From the human T2T-CHM13v2.0 reference genome, Homo sapiens, in the NCBI GenBank assembly GCA_009914755.4, contig CP068257.2, positions 30,016,001-30,080,000 of the forward strand: a DNA stretch of 64,000 bases. Direction: 5' to 3'. Both the position numbers and the translations under genes were made by a program. The notes under the pieces are model-generated. The model had not been told where the DNA came from and made no database searches. It worked only from the letters and a program-made list of their open reading frames with translations. Positions 1 through 15,334 of the stretch are shown one piece after another; the stretch's first letter is position 1, and each line of letters starts with the position of its first letter.

Positions 1-380
1 TTGACAAGAACAACTATTTTGGTGCTCTGGAAATCAATAAAACTCATACAACAATCTGAGAAGTGTTTAAGCTTGATAACATGCTGAACGTTGGGTAAGA
101 ACAGTGGATGTCTGAAGCGTTCTTTCCTAGGACTGCTCCCATCTCCTCTAGCCGAGTGGGTGTGGAGGTTCTGCCAGGGCAGGACCAGGCATGAGGACCT
201 GCAGTGGTGCTGCCAGGTTGGAGGGGGCTTACTGGATTTGCTGTAGCAGGTGATGCCCACACCTATGGCACTGTCAGTGGAAGTGACAACAGTTTTGCCT
301 TTCAAGAAACGCCATAGGAAGTCCTTTAGAGTGAAAGAAAGCAACATCAGAGAGCAACTTTAATGCACAGGACAAAAATA

Positions 381-704
<324 letters not shown>

Positions 705-1215
705 TTAAATATGTGGGCTGATAGAAAAGACTCCATAAATATATTTTTCTCATTTCTTCTGTTACCTTTTAAAAAAGGCATAATATTGTGTAAAGCAATA
801 ATTATAACATTGTATTGTTGGGTTTATAGCATGTATAAATGTAATACATATGATAATACAAAAAAGAGGGAAGAGAATTGAGCTTTATTAAAGCAAAATT
901 TCTATGTTTTATCTGAATTAAATTAGTAATAATCTGAACTATATTTAGATAAGATGCATATTGTTATCAAAATATCAAGTTGTACCCCTTAAATATATAG
1001 TTTTGTCAATTATACCTCAATAAAGCTGAAAAAATTACTTTGAGATGGCTCTTATTAAAAAATACATATTGTAATCCATACTGCAATGACTAAGAAAATA
1101 AATTTTTAAATAGTTAAAAAAAGAATTTAAATGCTGTACTAAAAAATATGTAACACAGAAATCAGTGAAAGAGGGGCAGAGAAACAAAAATAGGAGACAT
1201 ATGGAAAACAAATAG

Positions 1216-1545
<330 letters not shown>

Positions 1546-1559
1546 AGCAACAACAAAAG

Positions 1560-3300
1560 AAAACAAATAGCAAATGGTAAATGTAAATCCAAACTTATTA
1601 ATTACATTAAATGTGAATGGTCTAAACATTCCAATAAAAAACAAGATATTTGGATTGGATAAAAAAGGCAAAATCTAACTATAGGCAGTCTGCAAGAGTT
1701 ACACCTTAGGTTCAAAGACACAAATAGGTGGAAAGTAAAAACATGGAAAAAGATATGCTATGAAAATAGTAGGCTGGACATGGCAGCACATGCATCTAAA
1801 ATCCTAGCACTTTGGGAGGCCAAGGTGGGAGGACTGCTTGAGCTCAGGAGTTTAAGATCAACCTGGGCAATACAGCAAAACCCCATCTCTACAAAAAATA
1901 CAAAAATTAGGGCCTGTTGGTACGTGCCTGTAGTCCCAGCTACTCAGAGACTGAGGTGCGAAGATCCTTGAGCCTCAGAGATCAAGGCTGCAGTGAGCCG
2001 TAATTGGGCCACTGCACTACAGCCTGGGTGACAGAGACAGAGTGAGACCGTGTCTCAAAAAAAAAAAAAAAAAGTAACCATAAGAGAGTTGCAGTCATTA
2101 GTTATGTGGCTATCAGCTAACATAAACTTTAAGTCAAGAAATATTACTGGAGACAACGAGGAACATTTAGTAATGATAAAAGAGTCAATATGTCAGGAAT
2201 GTACAAGTCATAAATATGTACATCGCTAATAAAGCCTCAAAAACATGAAACAAAACTGGCAGAATTAAAAGAGATATAAGAAGATATGGACAGTTCAACA
2301 ACAATAGTTGAGGATATCAATATTCTATTCTAATTGATGAAAAAATTAGACAATAAATCAGCAAGGATATTAAAGAGTTAGAAAACATTATTAACCTATG
2401 TGACCTAATTGATATATGTCCAATGAGTCTCAACTCATTCAGTGAGAACAGTTAATAAAGACATTTTTATTACCAGAAAATAAAATTACAGAATAATATC
2501 CCTTAACAAAATATTAATACACCAAATTCTGCAACATATATAAAGGATTATATACTCTGAACAAGTGGGATTTATTATAGGAATTCAAGGTTGGTTAACG
2601 TCTGAAACTTGACCAGTGTAATATACTATACTGATAGAACAAAGGACAAAAACTACATGATCCTCTCAATAATAGATGCAGAAATACCTTCTAACAAAAT
2701 CTAACACTCTTTCATGTTAAAAACTCTCAACAAACTAGGAATAGATGGGAACTTCCTCAACCTGGATAAAGTGCATCTATGAAACACCCACAGTTAACAT
2801 CATACTTAACAGTAAAAGACTGAACATTTCCCTGAAATGTCAGGAACAATGCAAAATGTCAGTTCTTGCTACTTCTATTCAACACTGCCCTGGGGGTCCC
2901 AGACAGTGTTATAAGGCCATAAAGATGAAAAAAGACTGAAGTGGACATTTCATTAAAGAAGATATACAAATTGCTAATCAGCATTATGATAAGGTGCTCA
3001 ACATCATTAGTCATTAGAAAAATGCAAATTACGGTTACAATGAAATACTACTATACGTTCATTAGAATGGCTGTAATCAAAAAAGAAAAACAATACCAAG
3101 TGTTGGTGAGGATGGGGAGAAAATGGAACCATCATACGTTGCTGATGGAAATGTAAAGTGATGTAGACACTTGGAAAAGCTAATTGGCAGTTTTTTAAAA
3201 AAGTTAAACAAAAGTTAAAAAACCAAAGAGAAATAAAACCATATGTGTTCAGAGGCATGAATGCCAGTGTTTACAGCAGCATTATTCATAATATTCAAGA
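1560..3300 (+). mobile_element. Ancient L1 (L1M/L1P-type) ORF2 remnant, + orientation, interrupted by Alu at 1770-2073 and carrying internal deletions
   Basis: Translations TLNVNGLNIPIKNK..., IYETPTVNIILNSKRLNISLK..., KKIYKLLISIMIRCSTSLVIRKMQITVTMKYYYTFIRMAVIKKEK match L1 ORF2 endonuclease, RT and C-terminal motifs. Confidence 0.7.
1770..2073 (+). mobile_element. Alu inserted into L1 remnant
   Basis: ggctggacatggcagcacatgc...gtctcaaaaaaaaaaaaaaaa. Confidence 0.85.
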
Positions 3301-3358
3301 ACTGGAAATACTCCTGTATGCCTGTCTAAGGCTGTTGTAACAAACTACCATGCACACG

Positions 3359-4040
<682 letters not shown>

Positions 4041-4043
4041 AAA

Positions 4044-4420
<377 letters not shown>

Positions 4421-4896
4421 TCAGATACAGTCTATCCATGTAACAGAATAGTATTCACATATAGAAAGGCACAAATTACAGATAAGTGCTATAACGTGAA
4501 CTGAGCTCTAAAACATCATGCTAAGTACAATAGGCCAGATGCAAAAGACAGTGTATTGTATGATACTATTTACATGAAATGTCCAGAAAGGGCAAATTTA
4601 TTGACAGAAAGCAGGTCAGTGGTTGCCTGCAGCTTGGGGTGGGAGAAGGGATTAAGCAAAAACTACCATGAGGTAAATTGGGCTGATGGAAATGTTTTAA
4701 AACTGCATTGTGCTGGTAGCTGTCAACTACATAAATTTACTTTAAAAATCATTAAAGTGCATGCTTACAAAGGGTGAATTGTATGGTATGTAAATTGTAT
4801 CTTAATAAAACTGTTAAAAAAAAAAAACAAACCAAACCTCCCAGGTTGTGGAGCAGCAATTTTTTTTAAAAGAACAATAACAATAAACCAATGCCT

Positions 4897-5208
4897 CTTT
4901 TTTTTTTTTTTTTTTTTTAGGCAGGGTCTCACTCTGTTGCCCAGGCTGGAGTGCAGAGGTGCGATCTCTGCTCACTGCAACCTCTGCCACCTGAGTTCAA
5001 GCAATTCTGCCACCTCAGTCTCCTGGGTAGCTGAGACTATAGGTGTGTGCCACCATGCCCAGCTAGTTTTTGTATTTTTTGTAGAGTCGGGGTTTTACCA
5101 TGTTGCCCAGGCTGGTCTCAAACTCCTGGGCTGAAGTGATCTGCCCGTCTCCGCCTCCAAAAGTGCTGGGATTATAGGGTTGAACCACCATGCCCAGCCC
5201 CTTTCCTT
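4897..5208 (-). mobile_element. Alu (reverse)
   Basis: poly(T) then gagacgg/ggcagggtctcactctgttgcccaggctggagtgcag...ggctgggcatggtggttc RC. Confidence 0.9.
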
Positions 5209-5822
5209 AAAAACAGAAAGAAGTTGTGAAGCAGAATCATCCTGTCATGATAAAGGTATGACTAAATAATACGTGAAAAACATGCAACTCAATTAACTCT
5301 TCACAAGTGTAATGATCTCAAACAAAATATACTATCCTTCATCTCAACTTAAATACCAATCTTCATGCAATAAGTAAAATCTGCACTGATGAGACTTTTA
5401 AAACAGCAGCCCCACCACATATGAGGCCTATAAACCAAGCTTGTCCAACCCGCAGCCTATGGTGCCTGTGGCCCAGGAAGGCTTTGGGTGCAGCCCAATG
5501 CAAATTCATAAACTTTCTTAAAATGTGAGATTGCCTTTGCGATTTTTTTTTTTTTTTTTTTTTTTTTTTAGCTCACCAGCTATCATTAGTGTTAACGTAT
5601 TTTATGTGTGGCCCAAGACAATTCTTCAAATATAGCCAATTTGAAGCCAATATGGCCCAGGTGATGGGGACCCCTGGGGTTTAAACCGCACAAACTTTAG
5701 GCATTATCATTTCAAGTTTAAGTCTCACCCAACTCCTACCCACCTAGTAGGGTAGAGGTTCATTAAGAAAATTATGTGCCTTAAAGGGAATAGATAATTA
5801 CATTTTTAAAAAACAACTTTGA

Positions 5823-7460
5823 GGCTGGGGGCGGTAGCTCATGCCTATAATCCTAGCACTTGGGGAGGCTGAGGCAGGTGGATTGCTTGAGCCCAGGAGT
5901 TCTAAATGAGCTTGGGCAACATAGGGAGACCCCATCTCTACCAAAAAATAAAAAAAAAATTAGCCGGGTGTGTGGGTGCTCACCTGTAGTCCCAGTGAGA
6001 GGTGACAGCATGCTGGCAGTCCTCAGAGGCCTCACTCGCTCTCGGCACCTCCTCTGCCTGGGCTCCCACTTTGGCAGCACTTGAGGAGCCCTTCAGCCCA
6101 CCGCTGCACTGTGGGAGCCCCTTTCTGGGCTGGCCAAGGCCGGAGCTGGCTCCCTCAGCTTGCAAGGAGGTGTGGAGGGAGAGGCATGAGCGGGAACAGG
6201 GGCTGTGCGGGCACTTCCGGGCCAGCTGGAGCTCCAGGTGTGCGTGGGCTTGGCGGGCCCCGCACTCGGAGCAGCCGGCAGGCCCTGCCGGCCCCATGCA
6301 ATGAGGGGCTTAGCACCAGGGCCAGCGGCTGTGGAGGCCCTGTACTCAGAGCAGTGCCGCCCACCGGCACTGGGCTCGATTTCTCACCGGCCTTAGCTGC
6401 CTCCCTGCGGGGCATGGCTCGGGACCTGCAGCCCGCCATGCCTGAGCCTCCCCCTCTCTGTGGGCTGCTGTGCTGCCGGAGCCTCCCCGACAAGCACCGC
6501 CCCCTGCTCTACGGCGCCCAGTCCCATCGACGACCCAAGGGCTGAGGAGTGCGGGTGCACGGCATGGGAGTGGCAGGCAGCTCCACCTGCAGCCCAGGTG
6601 CGGGATCCACTGGGTGACGCCAGCTGGGCTCCTGAGTTTAGTGGGGACCTGCAGAACCTTTATGTCTAGCTAAGGGATTGTAAATGCACCAATCGGCACC
6701 CTGTGTCTAGCTCAGGGTTTGTGAATGCACGAATCGACACTCTGTATCTAGCTACTCTGGTGGGGAGGTGGAGAACCTTTGTGTCTAGCTCAGGGATTGT
6801 AAACACACCAATCAGCGCCCTGTCAAAACAGACCACTCGGCTCTACCAATCAGCAGGATGTGGGTGGGGCCAGATAAAAGAATAAAAGCAGGCTGCCTGA
6901 GCCAGCAGTGGCAAGCTGCTTGGGTCCCCTTCCATACTGTGGAAGCTTTGTCTTTCTTTGCAATAAATCTTGCTGCTGCTCACTCTTTGGGTCCACACTG
7001 CCTTTATGAGCTGTAACACTCACCACGAAGGTCTGCAGCTTCACTGCTGAAGCCAATGAGACCACGAACCCCCCGGGAGGAATGAACAACTTGAGACGCG
7101 CTGCCTTAAGAGCTGTAACACTCACCGCGAAGGTCTGCAGCTTCACTCCTGAGCCAGCGAGACCACAAACCCACCAGAAGGAAGAAACTCCGAACACATC
7201 TGAACATCAGAAGGAACAAACTCCGGACACGCCACCTTTAAGAACTGTAACACTCACCGCGAGGGTCCACGGCTTCATTCTTGAAGTCAGTGAGACCAAG
7301 AACCCACCAATTCCGGACACACCAGCTACTAGGGAGGCTGAGGTGAGGGGATCACCTGAATCCAGGAAGTCGAGGGTGCAGTGAGCCGAGATCATGCCGT
7401 TACACTCCAGCCTGAGTGACAGAGTGAGATCTTGTGTCAAAAAAACAGAACAAAATAAAA
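5823..7460 (+). mobile_element. Alu (+) split by the LTR12C insertion (halves 5823-5995 and 7322-7460)
   Basis: ggctgggggcggtagctcatgcctataatcc...gtagtcccag | LTR | ccagctactagggaggctgagg...poly(A). Confidence 0.8.
5996..7321 (+). mobile_element. Solo LTR12C (HERV9 LTR), sense-oriented, inserted into an Alu with 4-5 bp target duplication (ccag)
   Basis: Starts TG..., ends ...CA; GC-rich 5' half; tandem tgtctagctcagggattgtaaatgcaccaatc CCAAT-box repeats; aataaaagcaggctg and gcaataaatcttgctgctgctcactctttgg poly(A) region; ctgtaacactcaccgcgaaggtc repeats; flanking Alu halves 5823-5995 and 7322-7460 rejoin perfectly. Confidence 0.8.
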
Positions 7461-8234
7461 CAAGAACGTTGAATAGGCTGTGTGTTAATTCTGAGATGGA
7501 GTCCAGACTTAAGAATGATCCTGAGGCTTAGACCCATATCCAAGAGGATGATTCCAGCCTGGCACTTATAGGTTCTTCAGGCACTTCAGATGCACCCTGT
7601 CCTGAATTAAGCCCTTTGTCCTTGAACCTGCTTTCCTTGGTAAACAGCACCAAGGGGGCTAGAAACCTGGGGGCTGCCCTTACCTTCCCTCTCTCACCAT
7701 GCACCTCTAATGGGTGGCTGGACTTGTGGTTGCATTTCCGTGATCTCCCAGCTTTCTTCCAGTGATGGCCTTAGGTGGGCTCTTATCCTGTCTCCCAAAT
7801 GGCCTCTCTGCCTTGAGTCTCACCCCATCTGCTCTCAGTCCACCCACTGAGCTATTCCAGAGACCATTCTGACTCCCTGTGGACACCCCTCTGGTGGCTT
7901 CTCCTCTCTGTCAGTTAGAAATTGCTTTTGACTGCATGTAACAAATGTGGTTACGCTATTTAACCAAATAAAGGTTTATTTTTCTCGTGATGAAAAGTAC
8001 ACAGATAAGCAGCCTACTTCCATCGATAACCATTGAGGGTTTCTTATGACTCTTACAGCAATGAAATGTGTATTTACAGTATAAAGATATACAATTTTAA
8101 GGTTTTAATATAATTGGGCCTAAGCACAGTATTTTTTGTTTTAGTTTTCAACTGCCCAGGTGATTCTATTGTGCAGCCAGGGTTGATAAACACTGCATCT
8201 AGGCCCAGTGCCTTTGATTTGCAGCTGAGGTCTA

Positions 8235-8392
<158 letters not shown>

Positions 8393-8589
8393 GGTCTACC
8401 TTTTTGCCCACCTTTTAACCACAGAGGTCCCCAAACATGAATTTTCACTCTCAGGAAGGCTGAAATGACACATTACAAGCGGTTTAGTCATCTGCACGTG
8501 CCGCCATCTGATTTAAGGCATCTATTCCTCCTCACCATTCCTGACAAAGTTGAACTGTCTACATGTGCCACATTCTCCTCTTTCTCTAA

Positions 8590-8712
8590 TTCCTTCCCTC
8601 CTTCCCTCCTCCCTTTCTTCCCTCCCTCCCTCCTTCCTTCTTCTTTCTCTTTCTTTTTCTTTCTCTCTTTCTCTTTCTTTCTCTTTCTCTCTCACTCTCT
8701 TTTCTTCTTTCT
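8590..8712. repeat. About 120-nt polypyrimidine (TCCC/CTTT/CT)n mirror-repeat tract (polypurine on - strand)
   Basis: ttccttccctccttccctcctccctttcttccctccctccctccttccttcttctttctctttctttttctttctctctttctc...; a single purine in about 120 nt. Confidence 0.9.
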
Positions 8713-8801
8713 GACAGGGTTTGCCTGTTCTGCTTCTTTAAACCCTGGGGTTCAAGTGCAAAGGTCCCTCTCATCTGATTTCCCTATTTTATTTTATTTA
8801 A

Positions 8802-9068
<267 letters not shown>

Positions 9069-9343
9069 TAAAGACCTGGAAGGCAGGTTGAAATGTGGAA
9101 TTCTTGGACTTCTTTCAGTTCTACGTAGAAGGGTAGCAGTGGAGAGCTGGCTGCCTGCCCGTCCCTGGCCTTTCCTCCTTTCCCCACCCCTGCTCCTTGT
9201 GGCACTGGGCAGGGCCTACGTTCAAGGCTAGCAGTGTACTCAACAAGGGACAGTCCCTGTGTGGCCTGTTCAGGATCCTATACACAGGCTCAGGGCTCTT
9301 TGGGCAGGAAATTCCAGGATCCGGGTACTCAAGTGGTGTTCTA

Positions 9344-9703
<360 letters not shown>

Positions 9704-10554
9704 TTATTTTTGGTTATCCCAGCCTGGCAGGGAGGGACAGGGTATTACTGGCATCTAGTGAGTAGGGGCTAGGGATTCTACTGAACATCCTACAGTGTAC
9801 AGGACAGCCTCCACAGCAAAGAACTGTCTGGCCCAAAATGTCCATAGTGCCCACATTCGATGCCCTGCATTAGGAAGATATAAATACTCTTAAATATCAC
9901 AGAGTTAAATTCCTTACCCCTGTTCTAGCAGAGATGATATTCTTGCGGGGGGAGCATCTTCTTGGCTTCAACACATTCTTTTCTCCATGGGAGATGATGC
10001 CAGAAGAGGGACAGAACAGGGCCCAGTAAAGCATGGGGCCTGGGGCCAGGGACCCCCTTGTTCAGGTGTGACGACCATCCTACGAAGGCACCACCCAGGC
10101 ATCATTAGACCGTCTCAAAAGAAGAGTAATTCACTGTCCCAAAGCAGCTCTCTCGTGTCTGTGGGCGGATCCCTTGGCAAGTTTACAATGAACTGAAATC
10201 TGCCGAACTTCCTGGAACCCAAAGAAACTTTAGCCTTGGGCAAAGGCCCTTTGGCCAGCATTTGCACTGTTTATGCAACCGTTTAGAATATACGAATTAT
10301 CTGGAGACTACTACCAAATACAACAGGCAAAACTGCAAATATGTATACTTCCTAGAGGATGATAAAAAAATGTGAATTGTATTTCTCTGATAGAGGATGC
10401 ATTAGAGTCTGAGGGTCTAAATAGCGTAAATAATAAATAAGTAAATAAATCGATAGTAGTGTACTCCAAACGAGGCTGGAATAGCTTCTATTGTTGTTTC
10501 ACACTGGACTTCAATTAAGTCTCAGTATTTTGCCATACTCAATATTAAGTACTA

Positions 10555-10858
<304 letters not shown>

Positions 10859-11527
10859 CCCCTCGCCCCGGACAAAAGTAGTTTGCACTATTTTCTCATT
10901 TCACAATATGTTTTTGAAATATTTCCCTTGAAAGGTAAGTCATATTTATCATTCCTGTTGTATGGAGGCATCATAAATTATTTCACCATTCTACCCTCCT
11001 TGAGTGTTGTGGCCTTTAGGCCAGACAAAAACGCAGGTGATGCCTAGAAGCCAACTAGTTGCCGTTTGGTTATCTGTAGGGTTGTGGCCTTGCCAAACAG
11101 GAAAAATATAAAAAGAATACCGAATTCTGCCAACCAAATAAGAAACTCTATACTAAGGACTAAGAAAATTGCAGGGGAAGAAAAGGTAAGTCCCGGGATT
11201 GAGGTGTAGCGACTTTCTATACCCTCAGAAAACTAAAAAACAAGACAAAAAAATGAAAACTACAAAAGCATCCATCTTGGGGCGTCCCAATTGCTGAGTA
11301 ACAAATGAGACGCTGTGGCCAAACTCAGTCATAACTAATGACATTTCTAGACAAAGTGACTTCAGATTTTCAAAGCGTACCCTGTTTACATCATTTTGCC
11401 AATTTCGCGTACTGCAACCGGCGGGCCACGCCCCCGTGAAAAGAAGGTTGTTTTCTCCACATTTCGGGGTTCTGGACGTTTCCCGGCTGCGGGGCGGGGG
11501 GAGTCTCCGGCGCACGCGGCCCCTTGG

Positions 11528-11649
11528 CCCCGCCCCCAGTCATTCCCGGCCACTCGCGACCCGAGGCTGCCGCAGGGGGCGGGCTGAGCGCGTGCGAGGC
11601 GATTGGTTTGGGGCCAGAGTGGGCGAGGCGCGGAGGTCTGGCCTATAAA
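11528..11649 (+). promoter_or_regulatory. SOD1: SOD1 core promoter: GC boxes ccccgccccc (11528-11537) and gggggcggg (11575-11583), inverted CCAAT gattgg (11601-11606), TATAAA (11644-11649)
   Basis: Motifs read directly; TATAAA sits about 25-30 nt upstream of the start of the sequence that matches the SOD1 5'UTR and 105 nt upstream of the ATG. Confidence 0.8.
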
Positions 11650-11671
11650 GTAGTCGCGGAGACGGGGTGCT

Positions 11672-11753
11672 GGTTTGCGTCGTAGTCTCCTGCAGCGTCT
11701 GGGGTTTCCGTTGCAGTCCTCGGAACCAGGACCTCGGCGTGGCCTAGCGAGTT
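11672..11753 (+). other. SOD1: SOD1 5'UTR (TSS approximate, about 25 nt downstream of TATA)
   Basis: Position relative to TATA box and ATG; TSS not determinable exactly from sequence alone. Confidence 0.55.
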
Positions 11754-11825
11754 ATGGCGACGAAGGCCGTGTGCGTGCTGAAGGGCGACGGCCCAGTGCA
11801 GGGCATCATCAATTTCGAGCAGAAG
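11754..11825 (+). CDS. SOD1: SOD1 coding exon 1 ([24 protein letters not shown]), followed by a GC donor (gcaagg)
   Basis: Exact match to SOD1 N-terminus; ORF track 11754 frame; phase-0 end joins exon 2 in frame. Confidence 0.95.
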
Positions 11826-13277
11826 GCAAGGGCTGGGACGGAGGCTTGTTTGCGAGGCCGCTCCCACCCGCTCGTCCCCCCGCGCACCTTTGCTAGGAGC
11901 GGGTCGCCCGCCAGGCCTCGGGGCCGCCCTGGTCCAGCGCCCGGTCCCGGCCCGTGCCGCCCGGTCGGTGCCTTCGCCCCCAGCGGTGCGGTGCCCAAGT
12001 GCTGAGTCACCGGGCGGGCCCGGGCGCGGGGCGTGGGACCGAGGCCGCCGCGGGGCTGGGCCTGCGCGTGGCGGGAGCGCGGGGAGGGATTGCCGCGGGC
12101 CGGGGAGGGGCGGGGGCGGGCGTGCTGCCCTCTGTGGTCCTTGGGCCGCCGCCGCGGGTCTGTCGTGGTGCCTGGAGCGGCTGTGCTCGTCCCTTGCTTG
12201 GCCGTGTTCTCGTTCCTGAGGGTCCCGCGGACACCGAGTGGCGCAGTGCCAGGCCCAGCCCGGGGATGGCGACTGCGCCTGGGCCCGCCTGGTGTCTTCG
12301 CATCCCTCTCCGCTTTCCGGCTTCAGCGCTCTAGGTCAGGGAGTCTTCGCTTTTGTACAGCTCTAAGGCTAGGAATGGTTTTTATATTTTTAAAAGGCTT
12401 TGGAAAACAAAAATACGCAACAGAGACCGTTTGTGTGACACTTTGCAGGGAAGTTTGCTGGCCTCTGTTCTAGGTCATGATTGGGCTGCAAGGGCAGAGA
12501 AGGTAGCCTTGAACAGAGGTCCTTTTCCTCCTCCTAAGCTCCGGGAGCCAGAGGTTTAACTGACCCTTTTGGGGATTTTTGAGGGCAGTGATCTTAACTT
12601 TGGGTGCACAGTTAGCTTATTTGAAGATCTTACTAAAAATACACCAGAGCCCAACCTCCGACCAATTACATCAAAACCTGTCCTAGTGCAGGGTGAGTAT
12701 TGCTGTTTTTTGAAAGTTTCCAAAAGTGATTTTGATGTGCACCTACGATTGAGAACTGTCGTTTGAGGACAGTGGGTGGAGTTTCGTATTTGGAAATTAG
12801 AAGACCTGGAGTTTCCATTACACCGAATTGGCACTTAATAACTGTTGTCGGAGCATTTCTTAAGCCACATTTTCGTAAAGTGGCTTTAAAATTGCTCTGC
12901 CAGTAGGCAGGTTGCTAAGATGGTCAGAGACAAACTTCTGAACGACTCTTGTAAAATATACAGAAATATTTTCAGAACTTTTATCAGTAAAATTACAAAA
13001 CGTGTTGCAAGGAAGGTGCTTGTGATAACACTGTCCCCAGAACCTTAGTGAAGTTACCAACTGGTGGAAAATTTTCTCTTGCACTCGGCTTAAAAATCAT
13101 GAGGGAATATTTACTATACGAATGAGATTCAGTCTTTAAAGGGGTTTACAGAAACGTGAGAGGACAGGAACAGTTAGTCTGTGTAAATGTCTGAAATATA
13201 TGTGAGGGAGATAATGAGTTTAGCCTTTTTCTTTAATAGGTCTCCAGATTTTCTGGAAAAGGTTCTTTGGCATTTGA

Positions 13278-13644
<367 letters not shown>

Positions 13645-14717
13645 CACCAGTGCTATTCTTAAGACGCCTCTGAGGAATCCCTTCTCCCTGGCCATTGAGA
13701 ATCCATGCATGAACCCAGGTTTTCCACCTTCCCTGAGCAGCTTGCATAGTTCCTTCTTTTAAGCGCCTGACTTCGTTTTGTTTGGTGCCCGTTGTACCTG
13801 AGAATGAGCCTTGGATAGTGGAGCATTCCAGCTTTCCAGATATGCAGAGATAATACATTGGCTATCAGCTACTTGGCTTGGCCTATTCCGTGTTTAAAAT
13901 CTTGGACTCTTTGCTAGTTTTTACAGATCAGAATTTTTCACGTATTAATCCAGTTTTCCTAGCTTCTCTTGAAGAATTTTTGGAGATCTCTTCATACTGA
14001 GCCTTCATTAGCCCAGGACAGTACTGCTGTAGCAGTTCATATATTTTTTCGCTTCCCAGGCCTGTGTTATTCACTTAAGTTCATAGCCTGGTCCCTGCAG
14101 GGTTGTACCCGAGCACAGCTACTTAGATGTCCTGAATGTATTACCGGTTAAATGGAGGTTTCAAAGAACCTGCTGTTTTTGGCCCTGTGCTCTTGATAAC
14201 AGAGTGTTTGAGGGACAACTTTCACATTTGAGTTTTTCCAAAATTAAAGGTTGTAGAAGAGTCACAGTATCTATTGTCAAAAAGAAAAGAATTTAAAAAG
14301 GCAGCAATTGCCAGGATACTTCATTTGAGCAATGATATTTTCCAGTGGAAAGTCACATCTTAAGGGTTAATGCCCCTTAACTGTTGGCCGTATTTGAAAA
14401 CAAACCAAGCTAAAAACAAGAGACACTGACATGTTGTATGACGGTGTGGTGTGGATGTTGTGTTTATTTTAGTCCTGAGATCTAGTTGTAACTTCCTTGA
14501 TTTCTGTATGTAGCCACGGAGCACCATTACCTGTCACCATTACCTGAATGGCTATACTGCTTGCTTTCATTTTGGTAGAGTGGAAAGGTTACCTAGGTTT
14601 CAGTGCTTGAAAAGATTTCAGAAAGCAGTAGTACGTCTGGTTAGACTAGAATCAGTCCTCTCCTGGGGGCAGTGGAATATAATATTTTCTGACTGCTAAT
14701 TAAAAATACCTGTGATA

Positions 14718-15012
14718 GCCGGGCGTGGTGGCTTACGCCTGTAATCCCAGCACTTTGGGAGGCCGAGACGGGTGGATCACGAGGTCAGCAGATGGAGACC
14801 ATCCTGGCTAACACGGTGAAACCCCGTCTCTACTAAAAATGCAAAAAAATTAGCCGGGTGTGGTGGTGGGCGCCTGTAGTCCCAGCTACTCAGGAGGCTG
14901 AGGCAGGAGAATGGCATGAACCTGGGAGGCGGAGCTTGCAGTGAGCCGAGATCATGTCACTGCACTCCAGCCTGGGCGACAGAGCGAGACTCGTCTCAAA
15001 AAAAAAAAGAAA
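14718..15012 (+). mobile_element. AluY-like (+) in SOD1 intron 1, about 760 nt upstream of exon 2
   Basis: agccgggcgtggtggcttacgcctgtaatcccagcactttgggaggccgagacggg... Confidence 0.9.
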
Positions 15013-15219
15013 AAAACTTATGATGGACACTTAAAAACACTCACTGAGTGGGGAGTGGAGAGCAGGGGTCCCAGGGTAGCCTGTTGGACATTTCCAGGGC
15101 GACTTTTTCTTTTTTTTTTTTTAAAGTCAAGTGAGTATGCCATATGGAAAAGGGTGTGCGTGGAGAAAAAGCAAGGGGCTCCAGAGTGTAGGATGAGACA
15201 TACACCTTTTGGGTTAAAA

Positions 15220-15334
15220 AGGCTGAGGCAGGAGAATGGCGTGAACCCGGGAGGCGGAGCTTGCAGTGAGCTGAGATCATGCCACTGCACTCCAGCCTGG
15301 GCGACAGAGCGAGACTCTTGTCTCAAAATAAAAA
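15220..15334 (+). mobile_element. Alu right-arm fragment (+) in SOD1 intron 1
   Basis: ggctgaggcaggagaatggcgtgaacccgggaggcggagcttgcagtgagctgagatc... Confidence 0.8.

Larger units (their letters stand above)
11380..12350. promoter_or_regulatory. SOD1: CpG island spanning SOD1 promoter, exon 1 and 5' part of intron 1
   Basis: Abrupt rise in GC and CpG density (many cg dinucleotides, GC-rich spurious ORFs on both strands) in an otherwise AT-rich, CpG-poor region. Confidence 0.7.

Noticed and set aside
6002-6545. 100-154-aa ORFs on both strands
   Set aside because: They fall inside the GC-rich U3 region of the LTR12C element and are a compositional artefact.
11890-12473. Overlapping 109-146-aa ORFs on both strands in SOD1 intron 1
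   Set aside because: They lie in a CpG island. High GC depletes stop codons. Translations are Arg/Ala/Gly/Pro-rich nonsense located in a known intron.
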